From the NCBI GenBank assembly GCA_964512635.1, contig CAZEJB010000012.1, forward strand, positions 57,989-106,212: 48,224 bases of DNA, read 5' to 3'. The notes beneath the pieces are model-generated. The model was not told the DNA's origin, ran no database searches, and was given only the letters and a program-made list of their open reading frames with translations. Position 1 is the first letter of the stretch; the number at the start of each line of letters is the position of its first letter. Source of the stretch: an uncultured Planctomycetales bacterium (GTDB lineage Bacteria; 4484-113; JAFGCY01). This document shows positions 34,888 to 44,145 of this stretch, piece after piece. The translations under genes and the position numbers were made by a program.

Positions 34888-35394
34888 GTGAGGCAACAGA
34901 TGTTCACCCAGCAGGCGCTGCTGCGCTATCACGAACTGGCCTATGAGGGTCTCGACAAGCTGCATGCGCATGTCGCCGGCATGCCGGCGGAGCTGCATAA
35001 CCGCGCGGTGCCGGGCTTTGGCGTCGATACGCTGATCAAGCAGCTCTCGCATCTCAGCCAGACCGAGCACTTCTCGGTCATGTCGGCCACCGGCGCGAGC
35101 GTCGAGGACTTCGACTTCGAGCCGCTGGACAGCCTCAGCGCGCTGGGGGCCTACCGCCAGCAGGTGCGCAGCTATACGAGAAACTACATCATGAGCCGCA
35201 CGGCTGAGCAGCTTAACGTGCCGCTGGCGATCACGATGTTCGGCCACACCTTCAGCGGCGTGCCGGCGGAGATGATCCTGCATGTGATGACCCACGCCTA
35301 TCACCACAAAGGCCAGGCGGTGGCGATGTGCCGCCTGCTGGGCCACCCGGCGCCGCAGACGGACATGTTCTGGATCGAGTTCCAGAACATGTAG
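34888..35394 (+). CDS. DinB_2-family metal-dependent protein
   Basis: 168 aa with HxxxH-type motifs (LHVMTHAYHHKGQ) like 11505..12029. The start may be the MFTQQ at 34900. Confidence 0.65.
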   Translation: MRQQMFTQQALLRYHELAYEGLDKLHAHVAGMPAELHNRAVPGFGVDTLIKQLSHLSQTEHFSVMSATGASVEDFDFEPLDSLSALGAYRQQVRSYTRNYIMSRTAEQLNVPLAITMFGHTFSGVPAEMILHVMTHAYHHKGQAVAMCRLLGHPAPQTDMFWIEFQNM

Positions 35395-35548
35395 CTGCCC
35401 AGAATGGGGCGGGGGACTATGTCCCGTATCTTCGGCATCCGATCCAAAAGGAGTTACCTGTCAAGCTTCAGCCTGCCAATAACCGGGCGTACTTAGTGCG
35501 CCCAGGGACGCCGTTGGGAACATGCCCCACCACCGAGAAAGGGATGCC

Positions 35549-36475
35549 CTAGCTGTTCAGTGTGATCCCGCCGTTGCCGACCTGAATGATGAGTTGGGCT
35601 GTGCCGGCGCCGAGCGTGCCGCTGGCCTGCTGGCTCATCATGTTCTTGTTCACGCTGCCAGACAAGCTGCCCAGGTTGATCTGGCCGATACTGGTCGTCG
35701 CGCTGTAGCTGACCTGGCTGCTGCCCTCGAGCTTCAGTTTCACCCCGCCATTGCCGAGGTTGATGTGGTGCTGGCCCAGCAGCAGCATGAGCTGTCCTTC
35801 CACTGAGCCGTTGCCGACAGTGATATCGGTGCTGGCCGGCTTACCGCGCAGCAGCAGCGAGCCATTGCCCATGTCGGCCTTCAGGGTCCCGCTGCTGTCA
35901 ATGCTCAGCGCGCCGTTGCCGACGCTGGCCTCCAGGGCGCAGGCCGCCGGCAGACTAAGGGTCAGTTTGAGCTGCGGCTTGATGCTGGTGACCGCACCAT
36001 GGTACTTGTCACTGACCGTGACCTTGCCGCCCTGCTCGTCGATCGTCAGGCTCAGGCTGTCCTGCGGCGCGGGGTTGGGCCCCTTGGCCTTGCTGATCGT
36101 CCAGACCGCGCTGGGTGCAACACCCTCGGCCACCGGGACGATCGTCACGTCAGCGCTGTCCAGCTTCAGCACCAGGGTGGAGACCGCGGCCAGCTCGCGC
36201 TGGCCCTTGATTGCATCCTTGTCAGCTACTTCTGATGTTGCGCCGGACTGCGCCCCGCCAGTTGCTTCCGCCATACTCCCCTCCTGACCCGACGTCGCTG
36301 CGCCGGTCTGCTCTGTAGCGTCTCCGCCGGCCGGCGGAGCTTCCGGGCCCTTCTGCCCCTTGCTGCCAGCCGGACAGCCTGCCAGCAGCAGGGCGGCCAC
36401 GGCGGCCAGAGTCATGCTGGACAGTGCCGCGCTTCCGGCCCGCACTGTCTTTTGAGTTGAATGATCCGTCAACAT
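35549..36475 (-). CDS. DUF4097-like (putative adhesin beta-strand repeat) lipoprotein
   Basis: GGGAGGG Shine-Dalgarno 8 nt before the ATG. Lipobox LLLAGC. Repeated GNGAL/GNGSL/GNGSV/GNGGV beta-repeat motifs. Confidence 0.7.
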   Translation of the reverse strand: MLTDHSTQKTVRAGSAALSSMTLAAVAALLLAGCPAGSKGQKGPEAPPAGGDATEQTGAATSGQEGSMAEATGGAQSGATSEVADKDAIKGQRELAAVSTLVLKLDSADVTIVPVAEGVAPSAVWTISKAKGPNPAPQDSLSLTIDEQGGKVTVSDKYHGAVTSIKPQLKLTLSLPAACALEASVGNGALSIDSSGTLKADMGNGSLLLRGKPASTDITVGNGSVEGQLMLLLGQHHINLGNGGVKLKLEGSSQVSYSATTSIGQINLGSLSGSVNKNMMSQQASGTLGAGTAQLIIQVGNGGITLNS

Positions 36476-36616
36476 GTTGTAGTCCCTCCCAATCAGGATG
36501 GAACTCTAGCACAACTATCTTAATGCGACAATAGCTTTTCTTAAGAATGTTCTGCCGTTTTAGGAAGTTTGACTTTCATAATGTTAGAAATAAAAGACGC
36601 AAAGCTGAGGCAGCAC

Positions 36617-37801
36617 CTAAACAATCTCTTCCAGGGCCTTCAGCAGCTCGTCGGTGTCAGAGGCCAAGGTGTTCCAGCCGAGGCTGATCCTCAGCGTGGC
36701 GTTGGCAAACTCCACCGGTACGCCCATCGCCCGCAGGGTGTGGCTCCCGGCGCTGCCGGACTGCGACTGGCAGGCCGCGCCGGCACCGACGGCGATTCCC
36801 CGGGCGTCGAGCTCGCTGGCCAGCTGTGGCCCGCTGCGTTCACCCGCCAGCTCGGGCGGGAAACTGATGCTGGTGATGTGTGTTGCCCGCCGCGCCGCCG
36901 CGCCATTGATCCGCGCCGCCGGCCAGCGCGCCAGCAGCCGCGCCTCAAGCTGGGCCCGCAGGTCCTCGATATGCGCGGCCTCCTCGGCGGTCGCCAGCTC
37001 CAGAGCGGTGATCAGCCCGGCGATTGAGGCCAGGTTTTCAGTGCCGGCCCGGGCGCCCTGCTCCTGATGTCCGCCGCAGACGTGCTGGGCCAGCGCTGCG
37101 TGCTGGTGCTCCGGCGCCAGCCCGGCCCAGGGCCCGCGCTGGATCAGGATACCGGCTCCCCGCGGCCCGCCGAACTTGTGCCCGGTGCAGTTAAGCAGCG
37201 GGATGGCCTGGTCGCTTTCTATTTCCGGCAGGCCATGGCCGACCGCGCGAACGGCATCGGTGTGGAAGATGCAGCCGGCGGCGCTGCAGAGCCGGGCGAT
37301 CTCGCCAACCGGCTGCACCGTGCCAACTTCATTGTTGACGCTCATCACCGAGATGATGTCGAAGCGTTCCTCGCGCAGGGCCTGTTCGACGACTTCCGGG
37401 GGCAGCACACCGTCGCTGGTCACCGGCAGGACGACCAGCTCGTGCATTTCATCCACCAGCAGCATGGCCGCCGCACGCACCGCCTCATGCTCCAGCGCAC
37501 TGATGCCGATACGCAGCATTCGCGGGCCGCGCTTATGCATCAGCATCCGCGCCGCGCCAAACAGCGCGTGGGTATCGCCCTCGGATCCGCCGGAGTTGAA
37601 GACCACCGCCTCGGGCCGGCAGGCAAAGCGCATGGCGGCGCGGTCGCGCAGGCCCTCCAGCGCCTCGCGGCAGGCCCGGCCGTCGCCGTGCGCGCTCATC
37701 GGGTTGGCCATCCAGCGCGGCTCGCTGAGAAAGGGCTGCATCGCGGCAACGGCCTGCGGCTTCATCGGGGTGGATGCTGCGTGGTCCAGATAAACCGTCA
37801 T
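36617..37801 (-). CDS. Cysteine desulfurase (NifS/IscS-type class V aminotransferase)
   Basis: MTVYLDHAASTPM..., PLP-lysine region HKFGGPRGAGILI and active-site Cys segment GAGAACQSQSG. Confidence 0.85.
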   Translation of the reverse strand: MTVYLDHAASTPMKPQAVAAMQPFLSEPRWMANPMSAHGDGRACREALEGLRDRAAMRFACRPEAVVFNSGGSEGDTHALFGAARMLMHKRGPRMLRIGISALEHEAVRAAAMLLVDEMHELVVLPVTSDGVLPPEVVEQALREERFDIISVMSVNNEVGTVQPVGEIARLCSAAGCIFHTDAVRAVGHGLPEIESDQAIPLLNCTGHKFGGPRGAGILIQRGPWAGLAPEHQHAALAQHVCGGHQEQGARAGTENLASIAGLITALELATAEEAAHIEDLRAQLEARLLARWPAARINGAAARRATHITSISFPPELAGERSGPQLASELDARGIAVGAGAACQSQSGSAGSHTLRAMGVPVEFANATLRISLGWNTLASDTDELLKALEEIV

Positions 37802-37833
37802 GGATCAATTGTATTAGGCTACAGCCAAAGCAA

Positions 37834-37864
37834 AGCGCCCCTTGCGGGGCGCTCTGTTTTCTTG
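37834..37864 (-). terminator. Hairpin terminator after paralog 4 (minus strand), potentially bidirectional
   Basis: + strand agcgcccc-TTGC-ggggcgct, followed by ctgttttcttg. The reverse strand gives a GCAA loop followed by ttgctttgg. Confidence 0.5.
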
Positions 37865-37904
37865 CACTTGGTTCGAGAGTTGGTAGCTGTTTTGGGTCCC
37901 TGCT

Positions 37905-39470
37905 TTAGGGATAGGGGGTGAACTTATCGCGGGTGTAGACCTTGCTCATGTTCGAGGGGGTCTGAGTCCACCACTTGGGGCTGGGCTCAACGGCGTTGGG
38001 GTTCGGGTCTTTGATCCAGGCAGCCCAGGTGTTGTAGCCGCTGAAACACTCCCAGGCCGGCTTGCCTTCAAGCGGCCAGGCATAGGTGTTGGGAACCACG
38101 AAGGCCAGCGGACGGCCCTGCGAGTCGACGAGGTTGTGGCCTTCACTGTCCACCGTGTCGCCCTTCTGCTGCCAGATGCCGATCTTGTAGATGTTGTTCT
38201 GGCTGGCGGTCACGCGAAGCAAGGGGTTGTAAGGCATCGGCTCCCAGGTACCGTAAGGCACCGGGTTGTCGAAGATGATGGTCACGTCAGCATAATCACC
38301 GTCAACAAAGGGCGTACCGGCAACACCATTGGCCTGGTAGCTGCCGTTGGCACCAGGAAGGGCCTGCTTGGTCGGGGTGAAGATCGGCAGGTCAGCGCCC
38401 TGGCTGGAGAGCCAGGTGACCGGGCTGCCGTGCGGCGTGCCATTCGCGTAGTACTGCTTGACCGTCGCGTGGACTGTGGCGCCGGGGAAGGCCGAGCTGA
38501 TGTTGAACTGGTAGTCGCTGCTGTAACCTGCTACGCGGGCCTTGGCCTTAACGCGCATGGTGATCTGGCCGAGGTCGTTGCTGCCTTCCATGCGCCACTC
38601 GGTCATGTTGACGTAGCAGACGAAGTCGTTGTAATCGTAGTCCGAGTTGACCAGCAGATCCTCGTAGGCAATCTGTGCATCGCCGGTCAGGGGATAGCGC
38701 GTGCTGTAGGTACCCGGCTGCGCCGCGGTGATGCTGTAGGGGAAGTTGGCCGAGGTCAGGGTCTGGGGAGCTCCGTTGTAGTCACGGCTCAGCGTGTACT
38801 TGAAGATGTAGTTCGTCCCGACCTTGCCGAAGGGGGCATAGGAATCGAGCTTAACCACATATTCCGCGCTGGTGTTGTGGGCGATGTTGCTTTGGGTCAG
38901 ATCGACATTGATATCCGGGGCGCTCCACCAGCGGTTGGTGACCGTCACACCGGAATCGGCGAAGTACTTGATGTACAGGTCAATCTGCTGGCCTTCGTGG
39001 AAGCTGGCCGTCGTCAGGTCCCAGTTGGGGGCTTGATTATCCGGCATCATGACCAGGTCGATTATCTCAAGCCGACTGTCTTCGCCGCCGCCGACGACCA
39101 GGCTGGAGGACTTGGACTCGTCCACCGAGACGGTTTCGGGCAGCACGACCTGCATGTTGTACTGCGGATCAGTACCCAGCGGGGCGTACTCGCTGTCCAC
39201 GTCGCCGGGATCGGTCGCCACCGGCAGCACGTCGCGGTCGGTCTTAACGCCGTTACCGACGACCACCTGGCTGGTAAAGCCTCCGCCGCCGCCGCCAACC
39301 GGGTTGCCCGTGCCGGAGCCGCTGCTGTTGCCCTGCTGGCCGGGAATGTTGCCATTGCCCTGTCCAACAGTGTCAGGTGTGGCGCTGGATCCGCCGCCGC
39401 AGCCTGCCACCATGATGGCAAGCGACAAGCAGCAGGCGAGGCCAATGACAGTGTTCGTGTTCTTCAACAT
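37905..39470 (-). CDS. LruC-like surface lipoprotein, paralog 4
   Basis: ATG (MLKNTN) after a GGGGGAG Shine-Dalgarno. Lipobox MVAGCGGGSSATPD. Core YPLTGDAQIAYEDLLVNSDYDYNDFVCYVNMTEWRM...GRPLAFVVPNTYAWPLE. Confidence 0.8.
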   Translation of the reverse strand: MLKNTNTVIGLACCLSLAIMVAGCGGGSSATPDTVGQGNGNIPGQQGNSSGSGTGNPVGGGGGGFTSQVVVGNGVKTDRDVLPVATDPGDVDSEYAPLGTDPQYNMQVVLPETVSVDESKSSSLVVGGGEDSRLEIIDLVMMPDNQAPNWDLTTASFHEGQQIDLYIKYFADSGVTVTNRWWSAPDINVDLTQSNIAHNTSAEYVVKLDSYAPFGKVGTNYIFKYTLSRDYNGAPQTLTSANFPYSITAAQPGTYSTRYPLTGDAQIAYEDLLVNSDYDYNDFVCYVNMTEWRMEGSNDLGQITMRVKAKARVAGYSSDYQFNISSAFPGATVHATVKQYYANGTPHGSPVTWLSSQGADLPIFTPTKQALPGANGSYQANGVAGTPFVDGDYADVTIIFDNPVPYGTWEPMPYNPLLRVTASQNNIYKIGIWQQKGDTVDSEGHNLVDSQGRPLAFVVPNTYAWPLEGKPAWECFSGYNTWAAWIKDPNPNAVEPSPKWWTQTPSNMSKVYTRDKFTPYP

Positions 39471-39677
39471 GTCGACTCCCCCGGTAATCACCCAGTATGG
39501 GCGTGTTGGTTCCCCCCGGATACTGCGGCAGCACTGCTGCGCGCGGGGTATTGATAACAGCTAGGGGGGAGTCCTGAAGGAATTCAACAGATGTTTAACG
39601 GATCATTCATGCATGGCAAACTGTTCAAACTATTGCAATAGCGCTTCTGTCACCAACTTTTAACGATGTCTTTTGGC

Positions 39678-42524
39678 TTAAAGTCCCGCTGCGCCCTTGC
39701 TGCGGTCGAGTTCACTTTGGAAGTAGGGGGCGTAATAGTTAAAGGCCTCGGCCTCGCCAAGACGCGTGGCAGCCTCGGCGCTGTCCCCGATATCCAGGGC
39801 CAGCCGGGCCAGTCCCAGGGCCGCCCAGGCCAGTTCCTCCCGGCTGCTCATAGGTGAATGCACAACCGCATCAAAGGCCACCGCGGCGGGCTCCAGCTCG
39901 CCGGTCGCCTCAAGCGCAAATCCCAGCCAGAGCTGGGCCGCTGTGTTCTGCGGATCGATCCGCAGCGCCTCCTGACACAGTGATCGCGCTTCGGGATACT
40001 GGCCGAGGGCGTAGTGCGCCTGGGCCTGGTGTGCCCGCAGGGTCGCGCTTTGGGGCTTGTCGGCAATCGCGCCCTTCAGCAGGGCAACCGCCTTTACCGG
40101 GCTGCCCTCATCAAGATAGGCGCTGCCAAGCATTTCGCTGCGCTGGGGATAGGGGATCTGGGCATTGGCCGGGTCCTCCAGCAGGGAAATCGCCGCAGGT
40201 GTATCGCCGCTAAAGTAGAGCGCCCGTGCAAGAAAGGCGAACAGATCCTTGTGCCCGGGGAAAAGTGTCAGGCCGCGCTGGGCAGCTTCAGCCTGGGCAA
40301 TGTAGTCCCCGCGCTCTTCAACCAGACGCAGATAGAGCACAAAGCCGTTGGCATCGACCTGCGGGTGATCCAGCAAAGCCCGGGCCAGCGGCAGGGCGTC
40401 CTGACTGCCGCTGAGGCGGTAACCAAGATAGGCCTCCAGATAGCGCCCCAGATAATTGTCTCCCGCATCGTTCAGCCCGCGCTGGACCGAGGCCAGCGCT
40501 TCCGTAAACTGCCCCTGGGCTGACTGCATCAGGGCCAGCTCGCTGTAGGCCGTTGGATCGGAGGGCAGTGCCGTAATCAACTGGTCCATGAAGGCCATGC
40601 CGTTAACATAATCGCGCTTCTCGATCCAGGACAGGGCCAGCTTGTCCACCAGGGCGGCGAAATCACGCTCCGGCAGCTGCGGCCGGGCGCTAAGCACCGC
40701 GGCAAGCAGCGGCTCGCTGCGGCCCTGACGCGCCAGACTCAGCGCGTGCTCGCGGCGCAGTGCGTAATCAGCCGGGTGGAAGGAGATTCCGCGTTCATAA
40801 AACGAGGCGGCCAGGTTGGTGTCGCCGCCCGCCTCTGCGCTGGCCCCGAGACTCAGGTAGAGCCCCGGCTCAGCTGCGCCGAGGCTGTCGAGCCTCCCTG
40901 AAAGCAGCTCCAGCGCCTCGCCGCCGCGTCCCAGGTGCGCCAGCGCCGTCGCCCGCATGCGCAGCAGCTCGAGTTGTTCCGGGAAATCGCGCAGGCCCTG
41001 GGCCAAAGTTAGCCCGGCGGCCGAATCGCGTCCGTCTTCCAGTTGGAGCCGGGCCAGCAGCAGGCAGGCATCCAGCTGGGGCTCCAGCGCCAGGCCCTTC
41101 TCCAGACGCGCCTCGGCATCCTGGCGCTGCCCCATTCGCAGCAGCAGAGCGCCCCAGGCCGCATAGCCAGGGCCGAAGTCCGGGGCCAGATAGCAGGAAC
41201 TCTCGTACTGCCGCAGCGCGTGCTCCAGGTCACCCTGCTCTTCAAGGTACTTGCCATAGGCCAGCCAGATCCGCGGGTCATCTCCGTAGGTGCGCAGATA
41301 CTGCTGCCAGACCGTATCGCCGCGCTGCTGGTCCTGGCTGCCGCTGGCGCGGGCCAGCAGGCGCACAAGCTCGGGGTCGTACTGCAGCGCCAGTGACTGG
41401 CGATAGGCGTCGCGGGCCTTTTCCGCCTGGCCGGTGCCTTCATAGAACTGGCCGAGCCGCCGGTTGATGTAGGCCTCTTCGGCCGGCAATGGTGGCGGAT
41501 CCGAGCCCAGCGCACGCTCGAAGGCCTGAATCACCGCATTGGAGGGTTCCGCGCTGCGTGCGGCCTGTACACGCTGGGCATCTGCCACGAGGCTGACCGG
41601 ATGTTCCGGCCACTGCTCCAGCAGACTGCGCCAGAGCTGGCTGAGCTCGTCCGCGGCCTGGTCCGACACCTGCGCCGCTGGAAGCTCCGGCTGCAGGCCC
41701 AGGGGCTGCAGGTCCAGGCCGGCCGCGCCAAGCAGGCTGAGCAGCCCGGCCGTCAGTTCGGGTCCGGGGTTCTGCTCGAGGCCGCTGCGCAGGACCGCGC
41801 GGGCCGACTCCACTCGACCGCTGGCCGCCAGCACCCATGAGCTGTAGAGATAGGCCTCGGCGCAGCTTGGATCCTGGTTCTGGGCCTGGCCTAGTTTTGC
41901 CAGCACGGCATTGTTACGCTCTTCAGCCGAGCGGCCGCGCAGGGGCTGCAGCCACTCGATCAGGCCCAGCAGTGCCAGGCTGTGGCTGTCACCGCCAGTC
42001 TCCAGCAGCTCAGCCGCCCGCTCGAGTTTATAGCGCGGCGGTGTTTCGCCAAGACTGAGGCTGCAGAGGGCCGCGCGCTGATCACCGGAGCCGAAGACCA
42101 GGGCGCGGGCCTGGGAGAGGACATCGCTGTCCACACCAGCACTCCCCGCCTCGGCCAGCGGGCGGGCTTGCTCTGCGGCATTCGCCGGGCTGTCAGCTGG
42201 CGGGCCCGCCTCAGTGTCTGGCTCTTGCAGTTGCGGGTCGATGCCGGGTTGTACTGCTTCGTCGCCTTCCGGCAGGGCCGGTATGGCTACATCAGCCTGG
42301 GCGGGGGTCAGAGTGGCCAACAGTGCAAAAGACAGCAGCAGTACACACAGCCCGCGACACAGCCGCGCAGCGGCCTGCAGCAAGGAGCTTGCTGCCCTTC
42401 TGCCGCGCAAAGGCGCTGGGCCCGCCGGGCGGACTGAGCTGCACCTGCTTACCGGCGCCTGCACCATGACTGCTTTAATAGTCGGCAACAAGGATAAGAT
42501 GCGCAAAGCGCTTGGGCGGTTCAA
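39678..42524 (-). CDS. Large secreted TPR-repeat protein
   Basis: More than 20 TPR-like units (for example AEAAQRGLTLFPGHKDLFAFLARALYFSGD). Signal-like segment LCVLLLSFALLATLTPAQA. The true start is probably downstream of the track start. Confidence 0.75.
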   Translation of the reverse strand: MNRPSALRILSLLPTIKAVMVQAPVSRCSSVRPAGPAPLRGRRAASSLLQAAARLCRGLCVLLLSFALLATLTPAQADVAIPALPEGDEAVQPGIDPQLQEPDTEAGPPADSPANAAEQARPLAEAGSAGVDSDVLSQARALVFGSGDQRAALCSLSLGETPPRYKLERAAELLETGGDSHSLALLGLIEWLQPLRGRSAEERNNAVLAKLGQAQNQDPSCAEAYLYSSWVLAASGRVESARAVLRSGLEQNPGPELTAGLLSLLGAAGLDLQPLGLQPELPAAQVSDQAADELSQLWRSLLEQWPEHPVSLVADAQRVQAARSAEPSNAVIQAFERALGSDPPPLPAEEAYINRRLGQFYEGTGQAEKARDAYRQSLALQYDPELVRLLARASGSQDQQRGDTVWQQYLRTYGDDPRIWLAYGKYLEEQGDLEHALRQYESSCYLAPDFGPGYAAWGALLLRMGQRQDAEARLEKGLALEPQLDACLLLARLQLEDGRDSAAGLTLAQGLRDFPEQLELLRMRATALAHLGRGGEALELLSGRLDSLGAAEPGLYLSLGASAEAGGDTNLAASFYERGISFHPADYALRREHALSLARQGRSEPLLAAVLSARPQLPERDFAALVDKLALSWIEKRDYVNGMAFMDQLITALPSDPTAYSELALMQSAQGQFTEALASVQRGLNDAGDNYLGRYLEAYLGYRLSGSQDALPLARALLDHPQVDANGFVLYLRLVEERGDYIAQAEAAQRGLTLFPGHKDLFAFLARALYFSGDTPAAISLLEDPANAQIPYPQRSEMLGSAYLDEGSPVKAVALLKGAIADKPQSATLRAHQAQAHYALGQYPEARSLCQEALRIDPQNTAAQLWLGFALEATGELEPAAVAFDAVVHSPMSSREELAWAALGLARLALDIGDSAEAATRLGEAEAFNYYAPYFQSELDRSKGAAGL

Positions 42525-42613
42525 GGCAAAATGCTCCGGAAGTCGGAAAGAGCGTCATGCCGGCGCGGCCGCGAAGCTGGCCAACAGTGTCTCCTGGGCA
42601 GCTGGCCAGGCGT

Positions 42614-43816
42614 CTAGGGCTGGCGGCTGGATTTTGCGGGCTGCTCGTCAGCGCTGCGCGGTCGCCCGGGCTGTGCCGGCTGCACCGGCACCGCCGAGAC
42701 ATCCAGGCTGTCCGCTGCGCTGCGGCTGGCCGCTCTTTCGGCATCAATGGACTCGGCGGCCCGTAGGGCCTCGAGTTCCGCCAGTTCCGCCTTCTGTTCG
42801 AGCACTCGACCTTGTACCAGCACTGTCTGATACTCCTGCTCAGTTGCCTCGGCGATTTCTTCCCTTTCGACCGGGCTTAAAGCGTCAAGCTCGAGTTGCA
42901 GCAGCACATTGGACTGCGACAAGCTGGCAAGATCTTCGGCTCCGACGTTTAGCAGCAGGCTGAAGGCCGGGCCGTTATCGTCGAGTGGGGTAAGGGGATC
43001 GGTGGCATCCAGAGTGGTTCCAAGACTGTAGACGCCCCGCAGGTTCATGTAATCCGGATAATCCAGCAGGGCCGGGATCTCGGCCAGACTGACGGAATCG
43101 GAACGCCCCTGCCAGATTCCAGGTGAAATTACTGCTTCAGGGCTGGCGGCGGCGCCGGACCAGTAAGCGCCGCTATGGAATCTCCCGGCTGCAGTCTCGT
43201 AATCAGCCTTTTCCAAAAGGACATCGCAGCCGGGATAGCCAGTAAACCCACTGGCGCTGGCCTGGCCGAAACCGCTGGAGCTGTTTGGTCCAGGTCCTTG
43301 TCCAGCGGAACTGCGCCCGGCAATTCTGGCCGGCTGAGGCACGGCAGGCGTGAATCTGCCAACGCCGACGGCCCGCGGAGCTGTTGAGGCCAGGGCCGGC
43401 AGCTCGTAATAGAAGTGCATCTCCGGCTGGCTCGGCTGGCCGGCAGCGTGCGGCGCAAAGGCCCTGGCCGGCCCACTGTTTGCCGGCGTGGGGGCAGCCT
43501 GGCCAATGGGCTTTGAGCTGCTTGCAACCAGCTTACGACTGGGCGACAGCGGGCGGGGAGCGGCGGGATTCGGGTTGCCGTCCGCCGGCTTGCTGCTTAG
43601 CGGGAGACTCGGACCAGAGCTAAGGCAGGGCCCCTGGGGCAGAAAGCCGGAATCGTTGAGGCCGGCGCGCCAGCCCAGTCCGCTGACAGCACGTCCGCGC
43701 AGATCAAGCACGAAGTTATCCGGGCCGGGGTCAAGAGTGCCGCAGGCGGCGAGACCCAGCAGTCCAAGAAACACATGCAGCGGCCGAGACCGGCGATTGC
43801 TCGATGGCATGCCCAT
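42614..43816 (-). CDS. Hypothetical Pro/Ser/Gly-rich lipoprotein, upstream in an operon with the TPR gene
   Basis: Lipobox LGLAACG. Low-complexity middle and a C-terminal coiled-coil-like segment. It ends 90 nt before the TPR gene start. Confidence 0.5.
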   Translation of the reverse strand: MGMPSSNRRSRPLHVFLGLLGLAACGTLDPGPDNFVLDLRGRAVSGLGWRAGLNDSGFLPQGPCLSSGPSLPLSSKPADGNPNPAAPRPLSPSRKLVASSSKPIGQAAPTPANSGPARAFAPHAAGQPSQPEMHFYYELPALASTAPRAVGVGRFTPAVPQPARIAGRSSAGQGPGPNSSSGFGQASASGFTGYPGCDVLLEKADYETAAGRFHSGAYWSGAAASPEAVISPGIWQGRSDSVSLAEIPALLDYPDYMNLRGVYSLGTTLDATDPLTPLDDNGPAFSLLLNVGAEDLASLSQSNVLLQLELDALSPVEREEIAEATEQEYQTVLVQGRVLEQKAELAELEALRAAESIDAERAASRSAADSLDVSAVPVQPAQPGRPRSADEQPAKSSRQP

Positions 43817-44145
43817 CCTCCTGGTCGCGGCTACAGCCCAGCCGTCTGGGGAGAATGTAACACATGCCGGTGAAGATTTAAGGATACCGGTAGGCCTCTG
43901 CTGGAAGGGTACCGGAGCTGTGCCCGAAGGCTGAGCCCTGCCGGCTGTAACTTGCAGCGCCGCGCAACGTCATGGTCTAAGTCGCTGCCGCTTGTCCGCG
44001 GATGGGGGAATTCTGGCTGGCAGCGGCCCGGTGGACTGACTGGCTGTTAAACTCTGTCTGCCCGGGCTTCCGGTGGGAAAGAAGCCCGTGCAGCCTTGCT
44101 ATGACCCGGCGTTCCCGCGCCAATAGACCGTGAAAGGAGTCAGGC

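Noticed and set aside
29630-39470. Diversity-generating retroelement acting on the LruC-like paralogs
   Set aside because: There is no reverse transcriptase and no template/variable repeat pair. The variability is confined to low-complexity linkers.
38136-39554. 472-aa + strand ORF
   Set aside because: Antisense to LruC-like paralog 4, whose frame carries the family motifs.
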